A DNA stretch of 64,000 bases from Phyllobates terribilis (Eukaryota): the NCBI RefSeq assembly GCF_046119375.1, contig NW_027362773.1, positions 27,962,001 to 28,026,000 of the forward strand. The letters run 5' to 3'. Below, piece by piece: positions 49,709-62,488 of the stretch (positions are counted from its first letter, which is position 1; every line of letters starts with the position of its first letter). A program made the position numbers and the translations under genes. Below the pieces are notes generated by a model. The model did not search any database. It saw nothing but the letters and a program-made list of their open reading frames with translations, and had not been told where the DNA came from.

Positions 49709-51315
49709 CAGTGACATGTAAAAGTTTGGGCACCTCTGGTTAAATTTACTGTAATTGTGAACAGTTAAGCAAGTTGAAGACAACATTTTCTCAAAAAGGC
49801 CTAAAGTTAAAGATGACGCATTTCCTTTGTATTTTAGGCAAAAAATAATATATTGTCATATTTTACATTTTAAAAATTACAAAAAGTAAAATGGGCCGAT
49901 GCAAAATTTGGGCACCCTTGGAGATTTGTGTGCTCAGATAACTTTGACCAAGGTTTCAGATCTTAAATAGCCTGTTAGGGTTATGGCTTGTTCACTATCA
50001 TCGTTAGGAAAGGCCAGGTGATGTAAATTTCCCAGCTTTATATAATCCCAGTCTCCTATAACCTTGTGCCAAAAATCAGCAACCATGGGTTCTTCTAAGC
50101 AGCTGCTTAGCACCCTGAAAATGAAAATGGTGGAGGCCCACAAAGCAGAAGAAGGCTATAAGAAGCTAGCAAATTGTTTTCAAGTTGCCATTTCCTCAGT
50201 TTGAACTGTTATTAAGAAATGGCAGGTAACATGAACAGTGCAGGTCAAGATAAGATCTGGAAGACCAAGCAAAATTTCAGTGAGAGCTGCTCATAGGCTT
50301 GCTAGAGAGGCAAATCAGAACCTCCGCTTGACTGCAAAAGACCTTCAAAAACATTTAGCAGATTCTGGAGTTGTGGTACATTGTTCTACTGTTCAGAGAC
50401 ACCTGCACAAATATGGCTTTTATGGAAGAGTCATCAGAAGAAAACCTCTCCTGCATCCTCACCATAAAATTCGGAAGTATGCAAAAGGACATCTAAACAA
50501 GCCTGATGCATTTTGGAAACAAGTCCTGTGGACCAATGAGGCTAAAATAGAACACTTTAGCTACAATGATCAATGGTATGTGTGGAGAAAAAAGGGCACA
50601 GAATGTCAGGAAAAGAACATCTCGCCAACCCTTAAGCATGGGGGTGGATCAATCATGCTTTGGGGTTGTGTTGCAGCCAATGGCACGTGGAACATTTCAT
50701 GGGTAGAAGGAAGAATGGATTCAATTAAATTTCATCAAATTGTTGATGCAAACATAACACCATCTGTAAAAAAGCTGAAGGTGAAAAGAGGATGGCTTCT
50801 ACAAATGGATAATGATCCTAAACACACGTGAAAATCCACAATAGACGACATCAAAAGGCGCAAGCTGAAGGTTTTACAATGGCCCTCACAGTCCCCTGAT
50901 CTGAACATCATTGAAAATCTCTAGCTAGACCTCAAAATAGCAGTGCATGCATGACAACCCAGGAATCTCACAGAACTGGAAGAATTTTCCAAGGAAGAAT
51001 GGATGAAAATTCTTCAAACAAAAAGTGAAAGACTCTTGTCTGGCTACAAAAAGCGTTTATCAGCTGTGATACTTGCAAAAGAGGGTGCCACTAGGTACTA
51101 ATCATGCAGGGTGCCCAAACTATTGCATTGGCCCATTTTACTTTTTGTAATTTTTAAAATGTAAAAGATGACAATATTTTTTTTTCCCAAAATACAAAGG
51201 AAATGTGTCATTTTTAACTTTAGGGCTTTTAGAGATAATTTCATCTTCAACTTGCTTAACTGTTCACAATAACAGTAATTTTGACCAGGGGTGCTCAAAC
51301 TTTTACATGCCACTG
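49709..51315 (+). mobile_element. Tc1 family F (DD34E), decayed transposase
   Basis: TA|CAGTGACATGTAAAAGTTTG...CTTTTACATGCCACTG|TA; ATG at 50085; QMDND-34aa-E; several stops. Confidence 0.92.
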
Positions 51316-51477
51316 TAAGCCCCTTATCCTGGCCCCATCCTGATATGTATATCCCCCATCCTGGTATATGTTCCCCATTCTCCTGCTGTTCTTTAATTTA
51401 TAGAAAAAAATAAACCATAATGCTCACCAGGGGCACTCCTCAAGCCCCATAGCAGAAGTATAATGCACTCTCCATAG

Positions 51478-53445
51478 TCCTCCATATAATACAGTGCACA
51501 GCCCATAGACCTCCATACAGTATAATGCACAGCCCATAGATCTCCATACAATATAATGCACAGCCCATAGTCATCCATGTAGTGTAATGCACAGCCCGTA
51601 GTCATCCATGTAGTATAATGCACAGCCCATAGTCATCCAAGTAGTATAATGCACAGCCCATAGTCCTCCATATAGTATAATGCATAGTCCATAGTCATCC
51701 ATGTAGTATAATGCATAGTCCATAGTCATCCATATAGTATAATGCACAGCCCATAGTCATCCATGTAGTATAATGCACAGCCCATAGTCATCCATGTAGT
51801 ATAATGCACATCCCATAGCCATCCATGTAGTATAATGTACAGCCCATAGTCATCCATGTAGTATAATGCACAACACATAGTCATCCATGTAGTATAATGC
51901 ACATCCCATAGCCATCCTTGTAGTATAATACACAGCCCATAGTCATCCATGTAGTATAATGCACATCCCATAGTCATCCATTTAGTATAATGCACATCCC
52001 ATAGCCTTCCATGTAGTGTAATGCACAGCCCATAGTCATCCATGTAGTGTAATGCATAGTCCTCAGTCATCCAAGTAGTATAATGCACAGCCCATAGTCC
52101 TCCATATAGTATAATGCACAGCCCATAGTCCTCCATATAGTATAATGCACAGACCATAGTCATCCATGTAGTATAATGCATAGTCCATAGTCATCCATGT
52201 AGTATAATGCACAGTCCATAGTCCTCCATATAGTATGATGAACAGCCCATATTCATCCATGTAGTATAATGCATAGTCCATAGTCATCCATGTAGTATAA
52301 TGCACAGCCCATAGTCATCCATGTAGTATAATGCACAGCCCATAGTTATCCATGTAGTATAATGCACATCCCATAGTCATCCATGTAGTATAATGCACAG
52401 CCCATAGTTATCCATGTAGTATAATGCACATCCCATAGCTATCCATGTAATGTAATGCAAAGCCCATAGTCATCCAATTAGTATAATGCACAGCCCATAG
52501 TCATCCAGTTAGTATAATGCACAGCCCATAGTTCTCTATATAGTATAATGCACAGCCCATAGTCATCCATGTAGTATAATGCATAGTCAATAGTCATCCA
52601 TGTAGTATAATACACAGCCCATAGTCATCCATGTAGTATAATGCACAGCCCATAGTTATCCATGTAGTATAATGCACAGCCCATAGTCATCCATGTAGTA
52701 TAATGCATAGTCAATAGTCATCCATGTAGTATAATACACAGCCCATAGTCATCCAGTTAGTATAATGCACAGCCCATAGTCCTCTATATAGTATAATGCA
52801 CAGCCCATAGTCATCCATGTAGTATAATGCATAGTCAATAGTCATCCATGTAGTATAATGCACAGCCCATAGTCATCCATGTAGTATAATGCATAGTCAA
52901 TAGTCATCCATGTAGTATAATACACAGCCCATAGTCATCCATGTAGTATAATGCACAGCCCATAGCCATCCATGTAATATAATGCACAGCCCATAGTCAT
53001 CCATGTAGTATAATGCATAGTCAATAGTCATCCATGTAGTATAATACACAGCCCATAGTCATCCAGTTAGTATAATGCACAGCCCATAGTCCTCTATATA
53101 GTATAATGCACAGCCCATAGTCATCCATGTAGTATAATGCATAGTCAATAGTCATCCATGTAGTATAATGCACAGCCCATAGTCATCCATGTAGTATAAT
53201 GCATAGTCAATAGTCATCCATGTAGTATAATACACAGCCCATAGTCATCCATGTAGTATAATGCACAGCCCATAGCCATCCATGTAATATAATGCACAGC
53301 CCATAGTCATCCATGTAGTATAATGCATAGTCAATAGTCATCCATGTAGTATAATACACAGCCCATAGTCATCCATGTAGTATAATGCACAGCCCATAGT
53401 CATCCATGTAGTATAATGCACAGCCCATAGCCATCCATGTAGTAG
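51478..53445. repeat. 31-bp minisatellite with higher-order structure
   Basis: About 63 units of CCCATAGTCATCCATGTAGTATAATGCACAG; variant units recur at 310-bp spacing. Confidence 0.95.
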
Positions 53446-55768
53446 TATGGTCACCATGTACTCATTGATTTAAAAAAAAAAAAATACATACTCACCTTCC
53501 CCTCGTTTCCCACCGCGCGGTATCCTCTTTTGAAGCTGGCAGCTGACTTCAGCGTGCGAGCGTATAGTGTCACTGCCATGCGCCCCTGGTCACATGCATG
53601 CCGACGTCAGCTGCTGGCTTCTGATTGGTCGGCAGCATGTATTGTCGCGCACGGACTCGATGGGTCTGTGTGCCGCAATACACTTCAGCTGAATGTGCGT
53701 TCGAGGACGCACATCCAGCTGAAGTATATGCTGACGTTGGCTGGCTCCTCACCCGCCGGGCCCGGTTGCAGCGGCGACCACTACGACCGCAGTAGTTACG
53801 CCCCTGTGCCAAAACACAAGGAACACACCTGCCCGCCCCAAGTTGGAAACTGTTCATGCATTTTGCATTTTGACCTCATAGGTATTAGGATTTTCTGTAG
53901 TGTTGGGCCATGAAATTGAAAACTTATATTCTTAAAAAAAAACATTTTGTTTTCATTATTTATTTTTTTCCCTAAGAAATAATAAGAGAAAAAGCACACT
54001 GCCAGTTGTTGCACAATTACTCCCACCTCAATGATTTTTGTGTCTTTGGGCTGTGAATGAAAAATTACATTTGTTCTAGTAATATGTAGATTTAGCCAAA
54101 TTTTTTCATTTCCAAAATGGGTAATAAGAAAAAATTGTATCCCACAAGTTCAGCAATGCCCCATATGTGGCTATGCACTACTGTATGGGTGAACAGCAGG
54201 GCTCAGAAGGGAAGGAGCGCCAGTTGGCCATTGAAGTGCAATTTTGGCTGGATCAATTTTTGCCCCTGGGATACCATTATAATGGAAATCCCTATAAGTG
54301 ACCCCATTTTGGAACCTACACACCTCCAAGAATTAATTCAGGGGTGTAATCAGTATTTTTATTCCACAGCTTTTTCACATATTTTTTTTTTTATCACTGG
54401 GCTCTGAAAAAGCCGAGCCAAACAGAGCCAAATCCAAGAGTGTGCTGACTGCCCACTGTTAGGATTCAGCATTATACAGTGCTGCCAAAAGTTAACACTG
54501 ACCCTGAAAAGCCCTCCAGTATTGGGGATTGGGGAGTATTGTAGGTCATTTACATTTTGAATAATTATTTGAAGTTTAAACAAGAAAAATGATCTTGATC
54601 TCGGAGGAAGACGAAACAAGTACTGATCTAAATAAAGCCTCTGACTGACTGGATGGACTTGTTTCTTGTTTTTTTAGCTACAGTACTATTAGCATAAGTT
54701 CATGATCAGCTTTACAGTCAACTATCATAAATTTCCTGAATGTCGCCCTGTATAAATACCAGGCAGAACTATTGCCTAATTGGATTCCAGGGCTTTGTTG
54801 AAAGAGATAAGTCTGAAGTGAACAAGCGCTATAAGATCATAGCGGAGGATTACATGGTACTCATTGCTCAGCAATGGTTAGCGCTAAACTATATGGACGG
54901 GATTCTGGGTCAACACGTCATCAAGAATATATAGTTATAACATGACTAGCCAAGCAATTTAGAAGCCGTTATTATTAGTAAGCAGACGTAATTATCTCCT
55001 TGAGAACAACAAGTAGAGTTACCTGGTATCTGCATAGTTATTATGTGCCTCTCTCAAGACATCAGCTTTCCATATGTCTTGTAGGGGCTCATTCAGAAGT
55101 CAGTTTTTCGCATACTAATTACTCCTATATGGATAGTTACTGCGTTCACATGTATTTTTGTGGAGGCAACAAAACTTGGAGACTTGTCTGATTTTAATCC
55201 AAGTCATGTATCAAACTTGCCCATGCAAATCTATAGCACTCAGACGCCACATGTGTACTCTCCATTTTTCCCTGACTGATAGAAGAAGCTGGAGTAACCT
55301 CCATCGGTTTTTTTTTTTGCATATAAGAAAAATTGATAAAACTCTAAGAAAACCAGACAACACTGATCCAAAACTCTGATCCAAAACTCTGATGATAATA
55401 ATTTTTTTTTTTTTTGCGTACATGAAAAATCTCTCAGTTCTGAGTTGGGCCTTAGACTGCTGAACACACCTGTGTATTATATGGTCACCCATTCATTAGA
55501 GGGGGCTGAATGTAATACTACATTTCTCCAATAGTTTATCGTGCAGTTGATCGTCAGCGTGGCTTCAATCTGAGTAGCGTCCAAATGGGACAAACCTTTA
55601 ATGGAAGCCTACAGTTTTGAGTTTTATGAGTGCAAATTTCCTCTTCAGAGATGAAGAGGACTAGAACTGTAGCGCCGCCTATTCGAAGTAGCAATCCTAA
55701 AAGTCAATATCGACCCTTTAACGAGCCTTGAAATATGACTTAGGATAAAAGTCAAATCAGAATCTTAA

Positions 55769-55813
55769 TTTGTAGACACAGTGTTTCAGGGTATTGCTCC
55801 TCGTCAGTGCAAA
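55769..55813 (-). ncRNA. Minimal type I hammerhead ribozyme motif (left arm)
   Basis: UUUGCA-CUGACGA-GGAG(CAAUA)CCCU-GAAAC-ACUGU-GUC^-UACAAA; intact catalytic core; one mismatch in stem I and G.U closing stem II. Confidence 0.75.
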
Positions 55814-55904
55814 GTATGAGATCTGATTTGGCTAGGTGAGAGACATAAGACTGGGATCAAAGGGGAGTCTTAAGCCTCTCACCTAGCCAAATCAGATCTC
55901 ATAC

Positions 55905-55949
55905 TTTGCACTGACGGGGAGCAATACCCCGAAACACGGTGTCTGAAAA
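55905..55949 (+). ncRNA. Minimal type I hammerhead ribozyme motif (right arm)
   Basis: UUUGCA-CUGACGG-GGAG(CAAUA)CCCC-GAAAC-ACGGU-GUC^-UGAAAA; A9>G change in the core. Confidence 0.65.
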
Positions 55950-57112
55950 TTGAGATTCTGATTTGGCTTTTATCCTAAGTCATAAGGCAAGGCTCGTTAA
56001 AGGATCGATATTAACTTTTAGGATTGCTACATCCAATAGGTGGCGCTAGAGTTCTAGTCCTTTTCCTCTCTGAAGAGGCAATTTGCATATTTAATTTCCC
56101 AGAGGAGCATGCATGGCATATAAGTCTCCTCACTCTGACATGCCAGGCCTGGCTTGTCACTCTCCACAAGGAGAAACGTTACCCCTTAGATCCGAGTTTT
56201 ATAAGAAAATTGTATTTTGTCCTTTTTTTAATTTCTAATTATAAATGGCATAACACAGCTAAATTATATGCTAGAGGAATATGCACTGTGCCAAAGAACC
56301 ACTGGACAGGACCTCTCATTACATTGGCATCCACAGCTTTTTCATCGACATTAGTGGCTTAACAATTATGCCATTTTGTAGCGTACCTGTCACTTCTCCC
56401 TCTGTTTTGGGGTCTTCTTCATGATATCATCATGGACTGCATAGTTTAATAATAATAATTTTTATTTTTATAGAGCCAACATATTCCGCAGCACTTTACA
56501 TTTTAGAGGGGATTGTACAGACCACAAAGACATTACAGAATAACACATAACTCAGATACCAAAAGGAGTGAGAGCCCGGCTCGCAAGCTACAATCTATGA
56601 GGACGTCTTTGTCAGGAGCTCAGTGCTCACTCCTGATTATATTAATCTGTTGTTTTACTGGTTGTATTCAGGTCCTGAAATATTCTCTGTTCATTGTCTT
56701 CCGCTTTAGTTTGTTCCTTTGGTCTGATCATCCTCTGGCTGTCGTCCCTGGCTCACATTCTTGTCTACATTTCTAGATTTCCTCATTTATAACCTTATTT
56801 ATGTTTTACAAAAATACTTATATGAACCCACCCTAGTATAACGTGAGTCGACCTTCATGCCTGGGTTATTCTGCCGTTATTATATCCATGCACCCACCTT
56901 GATCGAAGACCACTCCTTTACACTTTACAGCCCAATTTAAGCTTCATCTATCTGATTATGCCAGAGAATATTCATTCCAATAAAGATCCATTTTACTTTT
57001 TAGGTCGGCTAACATTTGATCGCGTGCCAAATACAGGTGCATCTCACAAAATTAGAATATCATCAAAAATTTAATTTATTTCAGTTCTTCAATACAGAAA
57101 GTGAAACTCATA

Positions 57113-58751
57113 CAGTACAGACCAAAAGTTTGGACACACCTTCTCATTTAAAGATTTTTCTGTATTTTCATGACTATGAAAGTTGTACATTCACACTGAA
57201 GGCATCAAAACTATGAATTAACACATGTGGAATTATATACTTAACAAAAAAGTGTGAAACAACTGAAAATATGTCTTATATTCTAGGCTCTTCAGAGTAG
57301 CCACCTTTTGCTTTGATGATTGCTTTGCACACTCTTGGCATTCTCTTGATGAGCTTCAAGTGGTAGTCACCGGAAATGGTTTTCACTTCACAGGTGTGCC
57401 CTGTCAGGTTTAATAAGTGGGATTTCTTGCCTTATAAATGGGGTTGGGACCATCAGTTGTGTTGTGCAGAAGTCTGGTGGATACACAGCTGACAGTCCTA
57501 CTGAATAGACTGTTAGAATTTGTGTTATGGCAAGAAAAAAGCAGCTAAGTAAAGAAAAATGAGTGGCCATCATTACTTTAAGAAATGAAGGTCAGTCAGT
57601 CCGAAAAATTGGGAAAACTTTGAAAGTGTCCCCAAGTGCAGTTGGAAAAACCATCAAGCGCTACAAAGAAACTGGCTCACATGAGGACCGCCCCAGGAAA
57701 GGAAGATCAAGAGTCACCTCTGCTTCTGAGGATAAGTTTATCCAAGTCACCAGCCTCAGAAATCGCAGGTTAACAGCAGCTCAGATTAGAGACCAGGTCA
57801 AAGCTACACAGAGTTCTAGCAGCAGACACATCTCTACAACAACTGTTAAGAGAAGACTTTGTGCAGCAGGCCTTCAAGGTAAAATAGCTGCTAGGAAACC
57901 ACTGCCAAGGACAGGCAACAAGCAGAAGAGACTTATTTGGGCTAAAGAACACAAGGAATGGACATTAGACCAGTGGAAATCTGTGCTTTGGTCTGATGAG
58001 TCCAAATTTGAGATCTTTGGTTCCAACCACCGTGTATTTGTGCGACGCAGAAAAGGTGAACGGATGGACTCTACATGCCCGGTTCCCACCGTGAAGCATG
58101 GAGGAGGAGGTGTGATGGTGTGGGGGTGCTTTGCTGGTTACACTGTTGTGGATTTATTCAAAATTGACGGCATACTGAACCAGCATGACTACCACAGCAT
58201 CTTGCAGCGGCATGCTATTCCATCCGGTTTGCGTTTAGTTGGACCATCATTTATTTTTCAACAGGACAATGACCCCAAACACACCTCCAGGTTGTGTAAG
58301 GGCTATTTGACCAAGAGGGAGAGTGATGGGGTGCTATGCCAGATGACCTGGCCTCAACAGTCACCAGACCTGAACCCAATCGAGATGGTTTGGGGTGAGC
58401 TGGACCGCAGAGTGAAGGCAAAAGGGCCAACAAGTGCTAAGCATCTCTGAGAACTCCTTCAAGGTTGTTGGAAGACCTTTTCCGGTGACTACCTCTTGAA
58501 GCTCATCAAGAGCATCAAGAGAATGCCAAGAGTGTGCAAAGCAGTCATCAAAGCAAAAGGTGACTACTTTGAAGAACCTAGAATATAAGACATATTTTCA
58601 GTTGTTTCACACTTTTTTGTTAAGTATATAATTCCACATGTGTTAATTCATAGTTTTGATGCCTTCAGTGTGAATGTACAATTTTCATAGTCAGGAAAAT
58701 ACAGAAAAATCTTTAAATGAGAAGGTGTGTCCAAACTTTTGGTCTGTACTG
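57113..58751 (+). mobile_element. Tc1-like family B (DD38E), copy 3, nested in the family A TIR
   Basis: Complete TIRs and TA TSD; ATG at 57527; stops at codon 12 (CGA>TGA) and at 58448-58450; no frameshift. Confidence 0.93.
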
Positions 58752-60699
58752 TATATTATATAGAGTCATTACAAACAGAGTGATCTATTTCAAGTGTTTA
58801 TTTCTCTTAATGTTGATGATTATGGCTTACAGCTAATGAAAACACAAAAGTCATTATCTCAGTAAATTAGAATAATTAACAAAAAACACCTGCAAAGGCT
58901 TCCTAAGCATTTAAAAAGGTCCCTTAGTCTGTTTCAGTAGGCTCCACAATTATGGGGAAGACTGCTGACTTGACAGATGTCCAGAAGGCAGTCATTGACA
59001 CACTCCACAAGGAGGGTAAGCCGCAAAAGGTCATTGCTAAAGAAGCTGGCTGTTCATAGAGTGCTGTATCCAAGCATATTAATGGAAAGTTGAGTGGAAG
59101 GAAAACGTGTGGTAGAAAAAGGTGCACAAGCCCCTGGGATAACCGCAGCCTTGAAAGGATTGTTAAGAAAAGGCCATTCAAAAATTTGGGGGAAATTCAC
59201 AAGGAGTGGACAGCTGCTGGAGTCATTGCTTCAAGAACCACCACACACAGACGTATCCAGGACATGGGTTACAAGTGTCGCATTCCTTGTGTCAAGCCAC
59301 TCATGACCAATAGACAACGCCAGAAGCGTCTTACCTGGGCCAAGGAGAAAAAGACCTGGACTGTTGCTCAGTGGTCCAAGGTGTTGGTTTCAGATGAAAG
59401 TAAATTTTGCATTTCATTTGGAAATCAAGGTCCCAGAGTCTGGAGAAGAGTGGAGAGGCCACAATCCAAGCTGCTTGAGGTCTAGTGTGAAGTTTCCACA
59501 ATCAGTGATGGTTTGAGGAGCCATGTCATCTGCTGGTGTAGGTCCACTGTGTTTAATCAAAACCAAAGTCAGCGCAGCCATCTACCAGGACATTTTAGAG
59601 CACTTCATGCTTCCCTCTGCCGACAAGCTTTTTGGCGATGGAAATTTCATTTTCCAGCAGGACTTGGCGCCTGTCCACACTGCCAAAAGTACCAATACCT
59701 GGTTTACAAACAACAGTATCACTGTGCTTGACTGGCCAGCAAACTCGCCTGACCTTAACTCCATAGAGAGTCTATGGGATATTGTCAAGAGGAAGATGAG
59801 ACACCAGACCCAACAATGCAGATAGGGGTGGATTAAGAGTAGCCAGGACCCCGGGCAGTTTAGAAGGCATGGGGCCCCCCTCCGCTGACAGAAAAAGCGG
59901 TGAGCGTATCGCGGCGCGCACATTTTTCCCTTATGTACAGAACTATATATAACATAGCGTTATACATAATAGGGCAGGGGTGGAAAATTAGTTTTCCAGA
60001 GGGGCCACATGAGAAACCATGACTGTTGTGGAGGCCGAACAATAGGCTGAAATTAATTCTGCCCAACATTTACATATTAATTATAATTATTTTTAATATT
60101 ATTTGTGTCACTTATTATTGAGCAGAATTAATATGCTGACATAACCTATAAACAGTACGAGCCCCCACATAGCCCCCTCAATCAACAACCATAGCAATCA
60201 ATCTATGGGGCCTTCATACATGTATACCATAAAAAAAAAAAAAAACAACCCTAAATAAATTCTCTTTACGTGCTCAGATAACGTGTTATCCCTGCACGCT
60301 CCTGTGTTATCAGAGTATCTTGTAGTGCTCGGATAATATATTCGAGTCCCTGCGAATTCATGTTATGTTTTCGTCTGTTAGACACCACAACACTTAACAA
60401 ACAGGTAATCCCCGCATGTGTTGTATCTGTCTAACAGCAGATACAACACTATATATATAGACCCTTTTTGACCTGAACAGTTGAGTACTTAGCTTAATGG
60501 CGTCTTCTTCAGACGCTTTTTCTCCTCCTTTGGTCATTCAGGGATTCGTCAGGGAATTCCTTCAATCAGGACAAGAAAAGGAGACCATAAGCCGAATTGT
60601 AATGAGGATAACAGCTCACAGGTCCAGGCAATATGCCCCCACAAAGTCTCTACATACAATATTAGCCCCCACACAGCCCCCTACATACAATACGAGCCC

Positions 60700-61325
60700 C
60701 TAAATAGCTACCTAAATATGGTAAGAGCTCTCACACAGATACAGTATTAGCTCCCACATAACTCCCTTTATACAGTATAAATCCACACATAGCCCCCTAC
60801 ATACAATATAACACCACACAGTCCCCCAATATACAGTATGAGCCTCCACATAGCCTCCCACATACAGTATGAGTCCACACACAGCACCCAATATACAGTA
60901 TGAGCCCCTACATAGCTACAGTAAGAACCCTCATACAGCCCCATAGATACAGTATGAGTGCCCACATAACTCCCTTTATACAGCATGGATCCACACAAAG
61001 TCCCCAATATACAGTATGAGCCCCCAACATAGCCCCCTACATACAGTATGAGTCCCCTACATATCTACGGTAAGAACCCTCACATAGCCCCATAGATACA
61101 GTATGAGCGCCCATATAACTCCCTTTATACACTATGGATCCACAAAGTCCCCTACATACAATGACACCACACAGTCCCCCAGTATACCGTATGAGCCTTC
61201 AACATATCTCCCTACATACTGTATGAGCCCCCTACATACAACATGAGCCCCTACACAGCCACATACATACAGTATGAGTCCTCACATAGCTCCCAATATA
61301 TAGTATGAGCCCCCACATAGCCCCT
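60700..61325. repeat. Degenerate ~30-bp minisatellite
   Basis: Recurrent CACATAGCCCCC...ATACAGTATGAG units. Confidence 0.8.
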
Positions 61326-61404
61326 TGGAGCCCCCAAACCCACAGGATAACATTAATCTGTAGCCCCCAAGATAATATACTATGCAGCCACTAGCAGCAC
61401 CCTT

Positions 61405-62085
61405 GCTCACATATCCTGCGGCCCCCCCATAGTCACATGCCCTGCGGCCTCCCCTTGGTCACATACCCTGCGCCCCCCCCCTTGGTCACATACCCTGCGG
61501 CTCCACCATAGTCACATACCATGCGGCCCCCTCATAGTCACATACCCTGCGGTCCCACCTTCGTCACATACCCTGTGACCCCCCCTTGGTCACATACCCT
61601 GCAGCCCTCCCTTGATCACATACCCTGCAGCCTCCCCTTGGTCACATACCTTGCAGCCCCCCCTTGGTCACATACCCTGCAGCCCCCATAGTCACATACC
61701 CTGCGGCCCCCCATAGTCACAATCCCTGTGGCCCCCCCATGGTCACATACCCTGCGGCCCGCACCACAGTCACATACCCTGCGGCCCCCCCTTGGTCACA
61801 TACACTGCAGCCTCTTCTTGGTCACATACCCTGCAGCCCCCCCTTTGTCACATACCCTGCAGCCCCCCCACATGATCACGTACCTTGTGGCCCTCCATGG
61901 TCACATACCCTGCAGCCCCCCCTTGGTCACAAACCCTGCAGCCCCCCCATGGTCACATACCCTGTGGCCCCCCATGGACACATACCTTGCCCCCCCACAT
62001 GGTCTCATGCCCTCTGGCCCCCATGGTCACATGCCCTGTGGCCCCCCATGGTCACATACCCTGTGGCCCCCCATGGTGACATGCC
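61405..62085. repeat. C-rich ~26-bp minisatellite
   Basis: Recurrent GGTCACATACCCTGC(A/G)GCCCCCC units. Confidence 0.9.
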
Positions 62086-62488
62086 CAAGTCACTCTCACA
62101 GAACAGGATGCAGCTATTAGCTTCTTACCACCACCAGGAGCTGCCAGCAGAAGGGAAGAGGAACCAAGGCAGCAGAAGACGAGCAGGGAGGTGGAGCCAA
62201 CACTGAGCTGGAGCTGCAGTGCAGGAGCCGACAGCAGGGAATCCCAGGGGCTCTGCGAGTGAGTACAGAAGACGTGGGCACGCAGAGCGCACTTCGTGTT
62301 CTCGTCTGCTACACTGTCATGCGGGCAGTGCGCGCACATAACATTATAATGAGGGCAATCTGGCCATGGGCCCCCCCGGAGCCCCGAGCCCCGGGCGGTA
62401 GCCCAGATTGCCCTCATTATAATCCGCCTATGAATGCAGACGAGCTGAAGCTGCTATCAAAGCAACCTGGGCTTCCATAACACCTCAG

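Larger units (their letters stand above)
55631..56193. mobile_element. Palindromic Penelope-like or retrozyme-like element with two hammerhead motifs
   Basis: 222-bp inverted arms (55631-55852 and 55866-56087) plus a unique tail to 56193; 12-bp TSD GAGTTTTAT(G/A)AG at 55619-55630 and 56194-56205. Confidence 0.75.
59823..62432. mobile_element. Non-autonomous hAT element carrying two minisatellites
   Basis: Perfect 8-bp TSD AATGCAGA at 59815-59822 and 62433-62440; imperfect TIRs TAGGGGTGGATTA / CATAGGCGGATTA (9 of 13 match). Confidence 0.8.

Noticed and set aside
51393-52305. Repetitive MHYTTWMT / YYMDDYG ORFs
   Set aside because: These are translations of the 31-bp minisatellite.
61664-62206. 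Pro-rich 180-aa ORF
   Set aside because: It is a minisatellite translation inside a TSD-bounded hAT insertion.
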